Below, in pieces: positions 18,599 through 28,985 of a stretch of DNA of 64,000 bases; positions within the stretch are counted from its first letter, which is position 1; every line of letters starts with the position of its first letter. This DNA is from Gammaproteobacteria bacterium. Its GTDB lineage: Bacteria > Pseudomonadota > Gammaproteobacteria > Pseudomonadales > IMCC2047. Location: positions 1,955 to 65,954 of the forward strand of contig JAJFKB010000001.1 of NCBI GenBank assembly GCA_021773395.1, in the 5' to 3' direction. Under the pieces are notes generated by a model. The model made no database searches. It was not told the DNA's origin and saw only the letters and a list, made by a program, of their open reading frames with translations. Position numbers and translations under genes: made by a program.

Positions 18599-20149
18599 AT
18601 GACAACAGTAGCAAAACCCATCGCGCTCATCATTTTGGATGGCTGGGGACACAGTGACAATTCAGATTCAAATGCCATCACAGCGGCACACACACCCGTC
18701 TGGGACAAGCTTTGGCAGGAAGCACCGCACACACTCATCTCGGCATCCGGCCTAGATGTAGGATTACCCGAAGATCAGATGGGTAATTCAGAAGTAGGGC
18801 ATATGGTCATGGGTGCCGGGCGCGTCGTTTTTCAAAGTTACACACGGATCAGCAAAGCGATCGCAGAGGGTGAGTTTTTCCAGAATCCGGCCCTCTGTTC
18901 TGCAATTGATCAAGTCACCAGAAATCAGAGGGCGGTACATATTTTCGGTCTATTGTCTCCCGGCGGAGTACATAGTCATGAAGACCATATAGAGGCGATG
19001 ATCGATCTGGCGGTGCAGCGTGGCGCAAAATCAATTTACGTTCACGCATTCCTCGACGGCAGAGACACGCCTCCGCGCAGTGCCAAAAGTTCAATACAGA
19101 AAATTGAGCGCAAATTGCGCGGACTGAATTGCGGGCGAATTGCCAGCTTAATTGGCCGATATTATGCAATGGATCGCGACAATCGCTGGGACAGAATCGA
19201 ACAGGCCTATAACATGCTGGTGCTGGGCGATGCCGAGTATATGGCGGACGACGCAGCCAGTGCGCTTGAGCATGCCTATGCTCGCGGCGAAGATGATGAG
19301 TTCGTCAAAGCAACGCTAATCGTAGCAAAGGATACTGCGCCCGTTAGGATTGAGGACGGTGACGCCATAGTCTTTATGAATTTTCGTGCCGATCGAGCGC
19401 GGGAGATTACCAGGGCCTTTGTTGACAATGAGTTTGACGGATTTGATCGGCAAGCAAGGCCGGTCCTTGCGGATTATGTGATGTTAACGGAGTACGCCGC
19501 AGATATAAAAACCAGCTGCGCTTTCCCACCCAACCATCTCAGCAACAGCATTGGTGAATACCTGTCAAAGCTGGGTAAGCGCCAGCTACGTATCGCCGAA
19601 ACGGAAAAATATGCACATGTAACCTTTTTCTTCAGCGGGGGAAAAGAGCAGCCACAGCAGGGCGAAGATCGGGTTCTGATTCCCTCGCCCCAGGTCGCAA
19701 CCTATGATCTGCAGCCTGAAATGAGCGCACCGGAAGTCACGGACAAACTGGTGGAAGCTATTAACAATGGGGACTATGATCTTATTGTCTGCAACTATGC
19801 TAATGGAGATATGGTAGGTCATACCGGTAACTTTGATGCCGCAGTCAAGGCAGTAGAAGCGGTTGATCTATGTTTGGGGCGCATTCTCGAGGCGCTGAAA
19901 AACATCGGTGGAGAGTGCCTAATCACAGCTGATCACGGCAATGTTGAGCAAATGAACGACCACCAAACCGGACAGCCGCATACTGCGCACACCTGTGAAC
20001 TGGTCCCCCTTGTGCATTTCACACAACGGGACAGCATGATGGAACAACGTCCGGGCGGCCTCTCCGATATTGCGCCCACCCTGCTTCGCATGATGGACCT
20101 GGAAAAACCTGACGAAATGACTGGGGAATCCATGATCCGCTACCTTTAG
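18599..20149 (+). CDS. gpmI: 2,3-bisphosphoglycerate-independent phosphoglycerate mutase
   Basis: Track ORF starts at TTG 18581. The ATG at 18599 gives [18 protein letters not shown]. The ADHGN motif is present and the protein is about 516 aa. Confidence 0.93.
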   Translation: MTTVAKPIALIILDGWGHSDNSDSNAITAAHTPVWDKLWQEAPHTLISASGLDVGLPEDQMGNSEVGHMVMGAGRVVFQSYTRISKAIAEGEFFQNPALCSAIDQVTRNQRAVHIFGLLSPGGVHSHEDHIEAMIDLAVQRGAKSIYVHAFLDGRDTPPRSAKSSIQKIERKLRGLNCGRIASLIGRYYAMDRDNRWDRIEQAYNMLVLGDAEYMADDAASALEHAYARGEDDEFVKATLIVAKDTAPVRIEDGDAIVFMNFRADRAREITRAFVDNEFDGFDRQARPVLADYVMLTEYAADIKTSCAFPPNHLSNSIGEYLSKLGKRQLRIAETEKYAHVTFFFSGGKEQPQQGEDRVLIPSPQVATYDLQPEMSAPEVTDKLVEAINNGDYDLIVCNYANGDMVGHTGNFDAAVKAVEAVDLCLGRILEALKNIGGECLITADHGNVEQMNDHQTGQPHTAHTCELVPLVHFTQRDSMMEQRPGGLSDIAPTLLRMMDLEKPDEMTGESMIRYL

Positions 20150-20210
20150 CCAGCTATAGCGGCTAATCAGCCAAGGGATACCAAAAAGCCTAACCGATGA
20201 ATATGGTGCC

Positions 20211-21383
20211 ATGAAATCAGGTGTAACCCGGAATGCTGCAAAAGCATGGCTCCATGGATGCTGCTTTTTTCTGGCACTCGCAGTTTCAGACTCCCATGCG
20301 CGTGATGCGCAAGCAACCGAACAACAGCTTCAGCAACTAAAATCCAGCATAAAAAAACTTGAGCACTGGCTGCAGGATGCCAAGGGCCAGCGCAGCAAAG
20401 CGCTGCAGGAGCTGAAAAAATCTGAGATTGAAATCGGCCGGATTTCAAAAAAGATATTTGCTGTCAGTAAAGAAATTGAACAAGCACAAACAACGCTTCA
20501 GCGACTCACCCGAGAACGCCAGGAACTGAACACTGCCCGCGCAAAGCAGGAGATCTATCTTGCAAGTCAAATACGCGCCGCCTACAGTATTGGACGCCAG
20601 GAGTATTTGAAGGTACTACTAAACCAGGAACAACCCGAGCAACTGGCTCGCGCGTTTCGTTACTACGATTACTTTAATCAAGCCCGCACAAAACAGATCT
20701 CGGCCTACAATCAGATAATTGGCAAACTTGAGCAGAACGAATCCGACATCCAGAAAGAAAAACTCGCCCTAAGCCACTCCAGAGAACAGCTGGAGCTTAG
20801 GAGTAAAACACTACAAAACAGCAAAGCACAGAGACACTCAGTATTGCTGAAACTGGAAAAAACCATAAAAAACAAAGATGAGGAGCTGGCCACGATGGTC
20901 GCTAACCAAAAGAATCTGGAGCGACTATTGGGTGAAGTAGAAAAAGCTATCGCAGAACTTGAGCTGCCTGACAGCTCAGCACCCATCAATCAACTTAAGG
21001 GCAAGCTACCCTGGCCCACACCCGGGAAAATAGCATACCGGTTCGGCATGCTGGACCCAGCCTCGCATATGCGCTGGAGCGGCATACTCATTGAAGCTGC
21101 GGAAGGCGACGAGGTCAAAGCCATACACCGAGGCAGGGTGGTATTTTCAGACTGGCTGCGAGGCTTTGGGCTACTTATGATTCTGGACCATGGTAATGGT
21201 TATATGAGTCTTTACGGCCATAACCAGGCACTTTACAAAGATCTCGGTGACTGGGTCGACCCTGATGAAGTGATTGCACGGGTAGGCAGCAGTGGCGGGC
21301 GGGCTAAAAGTGGATTGTATTTCGAATTCCGTCACAAAGGCCAACCACAAAATCCGCAAAAATGGATGCTGGCCAAAGGTTAA
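20211..21383 (+). CDS. envC: Murein hydrolase activator EnvC-like (coiled coil + LytM/M23 domain)
   Basis: Signal peptide, a long Q/E/K-rich coiled coil and a C-terminal M23-like domain (DHGNGYMSLYGHN...GLYFEFRHKG). Sits in the gpmI-envC synteny. Confidence 0.8.
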   Translation: MKSGVTRNAAKAWLHGCCFFLALAVSDSHARDAQATEQQLQQLKSSIKKLEHWLQDAKGQRSKALQELKKSEIEIGRISKKIFAVSKEIEQAQTTLQRLTRERQELNTARAKQEIYLASQIRAAYSIGRQEYLKVLLNQEQPEQLARAFRYYDYFNQARTKQISAYNQIIGKLEQNESDIQKEKLALSHSREQLELRSKTLQNSKAQRHSVLLKLEKTIKNKDEELATMVANQKNLERLLGEVEKAIAELELPDSSAPINQLKGKLPWPTPGKIAYRFGMLDPASHMRWSGILIEAAEGDEVKAIHRGRVVFSDWLRGFGLLMILDHGNGYMSLYGHNQALYKDLGDWVDPDEVIARVGSSGGRAKSGLYFEFRHKGQPQNPQKWMLAKG

Positions 21384-21509
21384 CCCAACGACAAAAAGCG
21401 CAGATTTTATTTGCTAGGGAACCTCTGCAGATAAGCAAATAAAAATGACTCAGTCACACGGCTTGGGTAATATAGCCTGATTCCATTCCGCAATCAGGTT
21501 TCGCAAAAA

Positions 21510-22841
21510 ATGTCATCAATTATTCCTGCTCTGAAAGCTTTCTGTTGCATAACTCTGCTCCTAATCTTTACAACCACGATATCTGCAGATGACAGCCCCG
21601 AAACTTCCGACCAGTCAATTCCAGACACCTTATTGCCACTCAAGGACTTACGTACTTTTACCGAAATATTCGATCGTATCAGAAGTTCCTATGTAGAACC
21701 CGTTGATGATAGGACGCTATTCGAGAACGCTATTCGCGGCATGCTGGAGGGCTTGGACCCACATTCTGTGTACCTGGAAAAGGAAGCCTTCGACGATTTG
21801 CAAATAAGCACAAAAGGGGAGTTTGGCGGCCTCGGAATCGAAGTGGAGATGGAAGACGGTTTTGTTAAAGTCGTGACTCCTATTGACGATACCCCAGCTA
21901 TAAAGGCTGGCATTCAATCGCAGGACTTGATCATCCGGATCGATGAAACACCGGTTAAAGGTTTATCACTGCAAGAGGCAGTAACACTCATGCGTGGCAA
22001 ACCCGGCACGGAGATTACGCTAACCATTGTGCGCGAAGGTGAGACCAAACCACTAGTGATCAGCATGATCAGAGACATTATTAAAGTCACCAGTGTTAAG
22101 AGCAGAGATTTGGAACCCGGATACGGCTATATTCGTATTACCCAGTTTCAAGTCGAAACAGGGAATGATGTGGTCAAGGCCATTACTGAATTTCACAAAG
22201 AACATAAGCCGTTAAAAGGTCTGGTATTGGATTTGCGTAACAACCCCGGAGGTGTTCTTAATGCGGCCGTGGAGGTTAGTGATGCATTCCTGAGTGACGG
22301 ACTAATTGTCTATACCAAGGGCCGCCTGCCTGACTCAGAACTGCGCTATAACGCGACTGACCAGGACCCCAGTCAAAACGTACCACTCGTAGTACTAATT
22401 AATGGAGGCTCCGCATCAGCATCCGAAATTGTAGCCGGCGCATTGCAGGATCAACAGCGAGCTGTTGTTATGGGCACAGAAAGTTTCGGTAAAGGTTCGG
22501 TACAAACGGTACTGCCCTTAAACAATGAGCGCGCACTGAAGTTAACCACAGCCCTTTACTATACGCCAAGCGGCAGATCGATTCAGGCAGAAGGTATCGC
22601 ACCAGACCTAAAGATCAACAACGCCAGATTAACGGCAGTAACACAACCTCCTCTCAGATTTAAGGAAGCGGATCTAAAGGGCCACTTGGTCAACGCAAAT
22701 GACAAAGAAAAGTCACGCAAAAAGAGATCTGCCAAAACAAGTGCCAAGCAAGAACTGACTCTTGCAGAATCTGATTTCCAACTATACGAAGCACTGAATT
22801 TACTGAAAGGAATTAACATCATTTCAAACAGAAAAAAATAG
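21510..22841 (+). CDS. S41 carboxy-terminal processing peptidase
   Basis: 443 aa with a PDZ region, Ser nucleophile context GGSASASEI and Lys context GKGSVQT. Confidence 0.88.
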   Translation: MSSIIPALKAFCCITLLLIFTTTISADDSPETSDQSIPDTLLPLKDLRTFTEIFDRIRSSYVEPVDDRTLFENAIRGMLEGLDPHSVYLEKEAFDDLQISTKGEFGGLGIEVEMEDGFVKVVTPIDDTPAIKAGIQSQDLIIRIDETPVKGLSLQEAVTLMRGKPGTEITLTIVREGETKPLVISMIRDIIKVTSVKSRDLEPGYGYIRITQFQVETGNDVVKAITEFHKEHKPLKGLVLDLRNNPGGVLNAAVEVSDAFLSDGLIVYTKGRLPDSELRYNATDQDPSQNVPLVVLINGGSASASEIVAGALQDQQRAVVMGTESFGKGSVQTVLPLNNERALKLTTALYYTPSGRSIQAEGIAPDLKINNARLTAVTQPPLRFKEADLKGHLVNANDKEKSRKKRSAKTSAKQELTLAESDFQLYEALNLLKGINIISNRKK

Positions 22842-22907
22842 GGGAAGGACTCAACTGACTTCCCGACCAGAAATCAAACAAGGGAAAACGAACCAAACGA
22901 CCGTTAG

Positions 22908-23774
22908 ATGACAAAAAATATAATAAAAATTGTGGGAATGCTTCTGTTCAGCGCTTTGTTAGCTCGCGGCACTGCTGCTGATTCTGTTGAACAGGCAACA
23001 ATAACCCTGATCATCGATGATATGGGTAACAACCTAAGCATGGGAATGCGTGCAATTGCACTGCCCGGCCCTGTCACCTACGCCATATTACCTCACAGCC
23101 CCTATAGCGAGAAGCTGGCAATTGCAGCACATATAAACCAAAAGGAAGTAATGCTGCACATGCCCATGGACAATCTTGAAGGGCGCCCTTTGGGGCCTGG
23201 AGCACTCACCAGAAATCTCAGTCGTGCCGATTTCCAGGCTACCCTTGAGCGAGCGATTCGCTCAATCCCATACTTACAGGGGGTCAACAATCACATGGGA
23301 AGCCAATTGACCCAATACCCTCGGCAGATGGCATGGCTGATGACAACCCTTAAAGAGCACTCCCTGTATTTTGTTGACAGCCGCACCAGCCGCGCATCAA
23401 TTGCCGGGATTACCGCTCAACGCAGTAATATTCCAAATTTGGATCGTGATGTATTTCTCGACCATGATCCCCAACCACAAGCTATCGACGCACAATTCAA
23501 ACGCCTGCTCAAGAGAGCTAAACAGGAGGGCAGCGCGGTTGCGATTGGCCACCCCTATCCAAGCACCCTGGGCTATCTGGAGAATGTAATTCCCAAACTG
23601 GACTCCATGGGTGTTCGCCTTGTCTCACCTGCTGGTTTACTGGTAGTTCGAAAAAGCGCCTCGCTGAAACCATCAGCGCCCGATGACACATCGCCAACCA
23701 TTACCGCGATGGCTACCGCAACTCAATGCTTGATTACAGAACAACTTGATAGACAGCTGGTTAACTGCGGCTAG
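22908..23774 (+). CDS. yibQ: Divergent polysaccharide deacetylase family protein (YibQ-like)
   Basis: Signal peptide and a LIIDDMGN motif. Synteny after envC/ctp. Confidence 0.8.
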   Translation: MTKNIIKIVGMLLFSALLARGTAADSVEQATITLIIDDMGNNLSMGMRAIALPGPVTYAILPHSPYSEKLAIAAHINQKEVMLHMPMDNLEGRPLGPGALTRNLSRADFQATLERAIRSIPYLQGVNNHMGSQLTQYPRQMAWLMTTLKEHSLYFVDSRTSRASIAGITAQRSNIPNLDRDVFLDHDPQPQAIDAQFKRLLKRAKQEGSAVAIGHPYPSTLGYLENVIPKLDSMGVRLVSPAGLLVVRKSASLKPSAPDDTSPTITAMATATQCLITEQLDRQLVNCG

Positions 23775-23785
23775 TGAGCGCCTCT

Positions 23786-24172
23786 TCAGGCTTTAAATTT
23801 CTCATGGATATTATTTTTTTTGTAGTTTAGCACCGGATGCAACTCAACCATTTCGAAGGAAATACCCAGATACCCTGCATCAAAGATCGGCTGCAAATGA
23901 TCCGTTAGAATCTCAAAAAACTGATCTGCAGCCTGCTGCCGTACCCCCAGGCTCCGACCATGCCCCACTTTCGCCGTTAGATGCACAAATCCCATGGTTG
24001 GATCGCCGTCCGCAATGCGATATTGTTCACAACGAATAGCACGACTACGAATACCTCCCAATGGGAACACTCCGCCAGCCGTTGCAGCATCATGCAGCTT
24101 CTTAAACAGGTCACCCAGCTGCAAAGACTGGTCTGGCAAGTTGTCCGAATATTCCAGGATAAAATGCGGCAT
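23786..24172 (-). CDS. hpaF: 5-carboxymethyl-2-hydroxymuconate isomerase family protein (copy 1)
   Basis: 128 aa beginning MPHFILEYSDNL, with Pro1 after Met as in the tautomerase superfamily / CHMI. It starts 1 nt after the hpaD stop. Confidence 0.8.
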   Translation of the reverse strand: MPHFILEYSDNLPDQSLQLGDLFKKLHDAATAGGVFPLGGIRSRAIRCEQYRIADGDPTMGFVHLTAKVGHGRSLGVRQQAADQFFEILTDHLQPIFDAGYLGISFEMVELHPVLNYKKNNIHEKFKA

Positions 24173-24173
24173 A

Positions 24174-25025
24174 TTACTCCCCTATCGGAAACTCGGCGTT
24201 AAGCTGCCCGGTACCAGAACTTGCAAAATACTCACCTATCACCTCAACTTTACCCTGGTACTTGTCCCAACCCAGCATACCCAGCAACATCACGGTATCG
24301 TGCATGCCGCCTTCTCCGTGACAGGCTTCAGCATACTCTGGCAACATAGCGGTAAACACATCCCATTGGCCGCTCTCCCATAGCTGCAACACCCGAATAT
24401 CGACCTGTTTGTAAAACTCCCTACTGATCTCATGTATTCCCGCAACAGCATCCTTATTATCCTGAAACCGGTGGGATAGCGAGCCACTGGCTAACACCAT
24501 AACCTTGCTATCACTCGCTTCAATGGCTTCTTTCACCGCTTCCCCGAATACTCGGGATTCTTGCTGCGTGTGCCAGGCACACCAGGCTGCTACTGATACC
24601 ACCTTAAAATGCTGATCTTCGTTCATATAACGACAGGGAACCAGCGTACCGTATTCCAGTTCCAACGAGTTGATTTCATGGGAGCGCGCGCCAACACCCC
24701 TCCTGTTGGCATGTTCAGCTATTAACCTTCCTAACTGGGGGTTCCCGGGATAGGCATAGTTCATATCCTTTATAAAATGGGGCAGCTCGTTACTGGTATA
24801 GGTACCCTCAAAGTGCGATTTACAATTGATGTGATAACCACTATTGACCAACCAATGCACATCGAACACCAATATAGTATCAACACCTCGTTCCCGAGCA
24901 CGGCGACTCAATTCTCGATGCCCCTCTATCGCCTGATCTCGACACCCCTGATGCGGTCCAGGTTGCTCCGATAAATACATGGATGGCACATGGGTAATCT
25001 TTGCTGCGAGCGCTATTTCGCCCAT
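24174..25025 (-). CDS. hpaD: 3,4-dihydroxyphenylacetate (homoprotocatechuate) 2,3-dioxygenase, LigB type
   Basis: 283 aa. Collinear along its whole length with E. coli HpaD as I recall it (LAAKITHVPSMYLSE..., YTSNELPHFI, ASGSLSHRF, GEGxMHDTVMLLGMLGWDKY). Confidence 0.9.
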   Translation of the reverse strand: MGEIALAAKITHVPSMYLSEQPGPHQGCRDQAIEGHRELSRRARERGVDTILVFDVHWLVNSGYHINCKSHFEGTYTSNELPHFIKDMNYAYPGNPQLGRLIAEHANRRGVGARSHEINSLELEYGTLVPCRYMNEDQHFKVVSVAAWCAWHTQQESRVFGEAVKEAIEASDSKVMVLASGSLSHRFQDNKDAVAGIHEISREFYKQVDIRVLQLWESGQWDVFTAMLPEYAEACHGEGGMHDTVMLLGMLGWDKYQGKVEVIGEYFASSGTGQLNAEFPIGE

Positions 25026-25061
25026 ACGTCTCTCCTTTTCATACTCAATTCAATAATACCG

Positions 25062-26579
25062 CTAACGGCCCAGAACCGGTACTTTATGGGTACCATGTGC
25101 AATACAGATATTTTTAGTTTCCATATAAAACTCAAAACTGTAGTCACCTCCGTCACGCCCGATACCACTGCTTTTAACACCGCCAAAAGGTGATGGAAGA
25201 TTCCGATTATTCTCCGAATTCACCCAAACCATCCCAGCATCCAGCCGATCTGCCATACGCAGTGCGCGCCCCGAATCATTGGTCCAGATATATCCGCTCA
25301 ACCCATAGGGCGTGTCATTGGCAATCCGAATAGCCTCCTCTTCAGTCTCAAAAGAGATAGCCGTAAGTACCGGCCCAAATATCTCCTCGCGTGCAATTTT
25401 CATCTGGTTATTGGCACCCGTGAACAAGGTAGGCGCAACATAATTCCCTGCTCCCAGGTCGTCTCGCGCGACACCTCCGGCAGCAATAGAAGCGCCCTCA
25501 TTTTTAGCGGCACTCATAAAACTGAGCACCTTTTCAAAATGACTGCGGTGAATCAAGGGGCCTACTTCTGTTTCAGGATCAAGCGGATGTCCTACCCTTA
25601 GATTTTTCACGCGCGCCTGCAGTGCCTCAAGAAAAGGCCCCTGAATATTCTTTTGAATTAACAAACGACTACTTGAGGTACAGCGCTGCCCGTTCAGACT
25701 GTAAATCATGAAAACCACCGCATCCAGCGCCCGCTCGAAATCGGCATCATCAAACACCATCACCGGATTTTTACCACCCAGTTCGAAATGAACTCTTTTC
25801 AAGGTCGGTGCACCCTGCTGCATAATGTGACTGCCAGTCACGGTCTCCCCCACGAATGCGACAGCCTTAATGGCCGGATGCTCGGTAATACGTTTCCCTA
25901 CAACCTCACCAAAACCGTTCACCGTATTCCAAACACCAGCCGGTATGCCAGCCTCTTGGCTGATCTCCGCCAACAACATCGCCGTCAACGGACTAAACTC
26001 AGCTGGCTTATGTACTACCGTACAACCCGCCGCCAGCGCCGGGGCAATTTTCCAGGTAGCCAACATAAATGGTGTATTCCAGGGCGTAATGACACCCACA
26101 GGACCAATTGGATTGCGCACCGTAAAGTTAGTATGCTCATCCTGATGTAACGACTGTCCATTACGAGCTTCCGGCGCCTTATCCGCAAAGAAACGGAAAT
26201 TATCAGCGCCACGCACTGCTGCTGCTTTCATAAATCGAAGAGGCTGACCGCAATCCATACTCTCAACCAACGCAATTTCATCCGCTCTCTCAACAATTTT
26301 GTCGGCAAAATGATTGAGTAGTTTCTTACGCTCTTTACCTGGCATGGTGCGCCAATCGGCGAATGCATTTTCTGCCGCTGCACAAGCTTGATCGACATCC
26401 TCAACGGTTCCTTCTACCACTTTACCTAAGGAGGTATTGTCGACCGGTGTCAGGTTATCAAAACTGGCATTCGACGAGCTTTTAGTCATAGCACCATTAA
26501 TGTAGTGCCCCGTCACTTCCGTTTTGAATCGAGCCAGGTAATCTTTTGCCCGTTCTAAATTCTCTTCATATATAGACAT
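25062..26579 (-). CDS. hpaE: 5-carboxymethyl-2-hydroxymuconate semialdehyde dehydrogenase
   Basis: Aldehyde dehydrogenase with FELGGKNP and the catalytic Cys in NGQRCTSSSR. Track start is TTG at 26591, and the ATG at 26579 (MSIYEENLERAK) is more likely. It lies adjacent to hpaD. Confidence 0.88.
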   Translation of the reverse strand: MSIYEENLERAKDYLARFKTEVTGHYINGAMTKSSSNASFDNLTPVDNTSLGKVVEGTVEDVDQACAAAENAFADWRTMPGKERKKLLNHFADKIVERADEIALVESMDCGQPLRFMKAAAVRGADNFRFFADKAPEARNGQSLHQDEHTNFTVRNPIGPVGVITPWNTPFMLATWKIAPALAAGCTVVHKPAEFSPLTAMLLAEISQEAGIPAGVWNTVNGFGEVVGKRITEHPAIKAVAFVGETVTGSHIMQQGAPTLKRVHFELGGKNPVMVFDDADFERALDAVVFMIYSLNGQRCTSSSRLLIQKNIQGPFLEALQARVKNLRVGHPLDPETEVGPLIHRSHFEKVLSFMSAAKNEGASIAAGGVARDDLGAGNYVAPTLFTGANNQMKIAREEIFGPVLTAISFETEEEAIRIANDTPYGLSGYIWTNDSGRALRMADRLDAGMVWVNSENNRNLPSPFGGVKSSGIGRDGGDYSFEFYMETKNICIAHGTHKVPVLGR

Positions 26580-26600
26580 AGTTATTTCCAATCAATCGAA

Positions 26601-26978
26601 TTACATAAATTTCGGGATACTGTTCCTTGCAAAACTCAGCGATGGGCATATCTCCTCAACCTCAACCGTTAACGCCAAAGGGTGGGACGCCTGAAATTCT
26701 GCCAAATAGCCGCTCAGCGCATCAAAGAAACCTTTACCAATTCGTTTTTTTTCATCATCGTTTCTACCCTCCTTAATGCGTACCAAAAGATGCACAAACC
26801 CATAATCACCCGCAAGATCTGCAATGAGATAATGGTCTCGTCTTGCTGCCCTGGTGCGTATGGCAGCAACCGGAAACACAGCCATATCCAAAGCGCAGGC
26901 GTGCATGGCGCTCAACGTCAATGCCACATCGATAGACTCCTCCAGATTGGCTGAATATTCAAGAATCAGATGCGGCAC
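26601..26978 (-). CDS. 5-carboxymethyl-2-hydroxymuconate isomerase family protein (copy 2, divergent paralog)
   Basis: 125 aa, GTG start, (M)PHLILEYSANLEE. Same family signature as copy 1, but the rest of the sequence has diverged. Confidence 0.75.
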   Translation of the reverse strand: MPHLILEYSANLEESIDVALTLSAMHACALDMAVFPVAAIRTRAARRDHYLIADLAGDYGFVHLLVRIKEGRNDDEKKRIGKGFFDALSGYLAEFQASHPLALTVEVEEICPSLSFARNSIPKFM

Positions 26979-27019
26979 TTAGATGAAACCTTCTGCGGTA
27001 GATAATCAATACAAACAAC

Positions 27020-27031
27020 ATAACATGTTAT
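27020..27031. promoter_or_regulatory. Perfect 12-bp palindrome ATAACATGTTAT in the divergent hpa promoter region (candidate HpaR/MarR operator)
   Basis: Read directly from the sequence. Further GTTAT half-sites (CCTGTTATG, AATGTTATC) lie at about 27178-27203, just upstream of the 27218 start. Confidence 0.3.
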
Positions 27032-27217
27032 TTATAATTTCGCAACATGCGTTTTTTATTCAACCTTCAATCTACATCTAAAAATATGGCTTAACCTTGT
27101 ATATTATGGCTATAACAGATACAGCAAAGAAGTATTTGCAAATTAAAGGAAATTTAATTATGATTGCATTAATTAACCTGTTATGTATATGCAGAATGTT
27201 ATCTATAGGAGCACACA

Positions 27218-28114
27218 ATGGTTTTTACCCTGGCCGATATTAAAGGCTCTATCCCGCCGGTCATCACGCCGATAAACAACGGCGAAGTGGATTATGACAC
27301 CTACGCTAGCCTGATTAATTATCAGATTGACAATGGCACTCACGGTATTTTGGTTAACGGCACCACCGCAGAACCCTCAACACTGACCACAGAAGAGCGA
27401 AACAGATTAGTCGACGTTGCGGTAAAGACAGTTAATGGTCGAGTGCCTATCGTCGCGGCTACCGGCTCTCAATCACTCTGGGAAACAAAGCTTCTAACCG
27501 CGCATGCGGCCAATGCCGGCGTAGACGCACTACTTATCGTAACGCCCTACTACATCAAACCACCACAACGTGGCTTGATCAGCTATTACGAGGAGGTTAC
27601 TCGCGATATCAACCTGCCTTGGATGATCTACCATATTCCCGGACGCACGGGGGTGGTAATGGCTATGGATTCGCTTAAGGAAATTCGATCTCGCTGCCCC
27701 AACTTTGTGGGCATGAAACAGGCCTACAATGATCTGGGCATGGTCACCGAATGCCTCGACGCCTTCGGCCCGGACTTTAAAATCTTCGTTGGCCTGGAAG
27801 AACTAAGCTTTCCTATGATGGCCGTTGGCGCCTGCGGCCTGATGAACGCCGTAGGGAATATTTGTCCGAAACCTTTGAGCGACATGTGTGAAGCGGTATG
27901 GCAAAATGATCTCAACAAAGGCCGCCAGCTACACCAACAGTTATTGACCATCAACCAGTCAATTTTTTATGAAACAAACCCCATCCCCATGAAGTACATG
28001 ATGAAACGGATGGGCTTGCTTGAGAAAAACGAACACCGCTTACCCATGTCACCGGCGACTCCTGAATTGGAGCACAGGCTGGATGAAGTTTTAAAATCTA
28101 CAGGGCTTTTGTAG
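27218..28114 (+). CDS. DapA/NAL-family class I (Schiff-base) aldolase, probably catabolic
   Basis: 298 aa. Family motifs present: NGTTAEPSTLT (GTTGE-like), VTPYYIKP, and the catalytic Lys context FVGMKQA. It is embedded in and coupled to the hpa genes rather than to lysine biosynthesis genes. Confidence 0.75.
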   Translation: MVFTLADIKGSIPPVITPINNGEVDYDTYASLINYQIDNGTHGILVNGTTAEPSTLTTEERNRLVDVAVKTVNGRVPIVAATGSQSLWETKLLTAHAANAGVDALLIVTPYYIKPPQRGLISYYEEVTRDINLPWMIYHIPGRTGVVMAMDSLKEIRSRCPNFVGMKQAYNDLGMVTECLDAFGPDFKIFVGLEELSFPMMAVGACGLMNAVGNICPKPLSDMCEAVWQNDLNKGRQLHQQLLTINQSIFYETNPIPMKYMMKRMGLLEKNEHRLPMSPATPELEHRLDEVLKSTGLL

Positions 28115-28115
28115 C

Positions 28116-28967
28116 ATGAAATTTATAACCTATTCACACCAGGGAAAAGTTTCCTACGGCGCCATCAAAGAACAGAGCATCGTTGATCTTGGACAACGCA
28201 TCGGTGGCAACCTTAAACAGTTGATTAGCAACAACCAACTTCAGAAAGCAATGGCATTGGCCGATTCGCAACAGGGTGACGTCCCTCTTTCAGAAGTCAG
28301 CTATCTACCCACGATCACCAACCCTGAAAAAATCATCTGCATTGGCGTCAACTATGCCAACAGAAACGCTGAATACAGGGATAACTCAGACGATCCGGAA
28401 TATCCCAGCGTCTTTATGCGTACGCCCGACTCGCTCACCGGCCACAATCAACCGCTGATCCGGCCACCGGAATCAATACAGCTGGATTATGAAGGTGAAA
28501 TAGTGATTGTGATCGGTAAAACCGGTCACCGAGTACCAGAAAATCAAGCGCTCGACTATATCGCTGGCTTAACCATAATGAATGAAGGCACGTTACGTGA
28601 CTGGGTTCGTCATGCTAAATTCAACGTCACTCAAGGTAAAAACTTTGTACACTCAGGCTCCCTCGGTCCCTGGATGGTAAGTGCTGACGAGTTTTCCGAT
28701 TACAATGACCTGTGGGTCACGACTCGAGTGAATGGCGAAGTACGGCAACATGATACAACGGCCAACCTGATGTTCCCCTTCGCTTACTTGATTAGCTACC
28801 TCTCGAAATTCTTTATCCTCAAGCCAGGCGATATCATCTCCACTGGCACACCAAATGGTGCTGGCGCACGCTTTGACCCACCCAAATACCTCGCGCCAGG
28901 CGACTTTGTAGAAGTGGAAGTTTCTGGCATCGGTCAATTAGATAACAGCATTGCTGACGAGCAATAG
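28116..28967 (+). CDS. Fumarylacetoacetate hydrolase (FAH) family protein, single catalytic domain (HpaG/HpcE-like decarboxylase or hydratase)
   Basis: 283 aa with a short N-terminal beta domain (MKFITYSHQGKVSYGAI) and an FAH core (DYEGEIVIVIGK, GDIISTGTPNG). It starts 1 nt after the aldolase stop. Confidence 0.8.
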   Translation: MKFITYSHQGKVSYGAIKEQSIVDLGQRIGGNLKQLISNNQLQKAMALADSQQGDVPLSEVSYLPTITNPEKIICIGVNYANRNAEYRDNSDDPEYPSVFMRTPDSLTGHNQPLIRPPESIQLDYEGEIVIVIGKTGHRVPENQALDYIAGLTIMNEGTLRDWVRHAKFNVTQGKNFVHSGSLGPWMVSADEFSDYNDLWVTTRVNGEVRQHDTTANLMFPFAYLISYLSKFFILKPGDIISTGTPNGAGARFDPPKYLAPGDFVEVEVSGIGQLDNSIADEQ

Positions 28968-28985
28968 ATTTTGGATAATCTGAAT

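Noticed and set aside
21405-21444. 11-bp AT-rich stem (TTTTATTTGCT / AGCAAATAAAA) between envC and the ctp gene as a terminator
   Set aside because: There is no U-tract after the stem and the stem is almost all A-U. At most it is a weak structure, so I did not call it as a feature.
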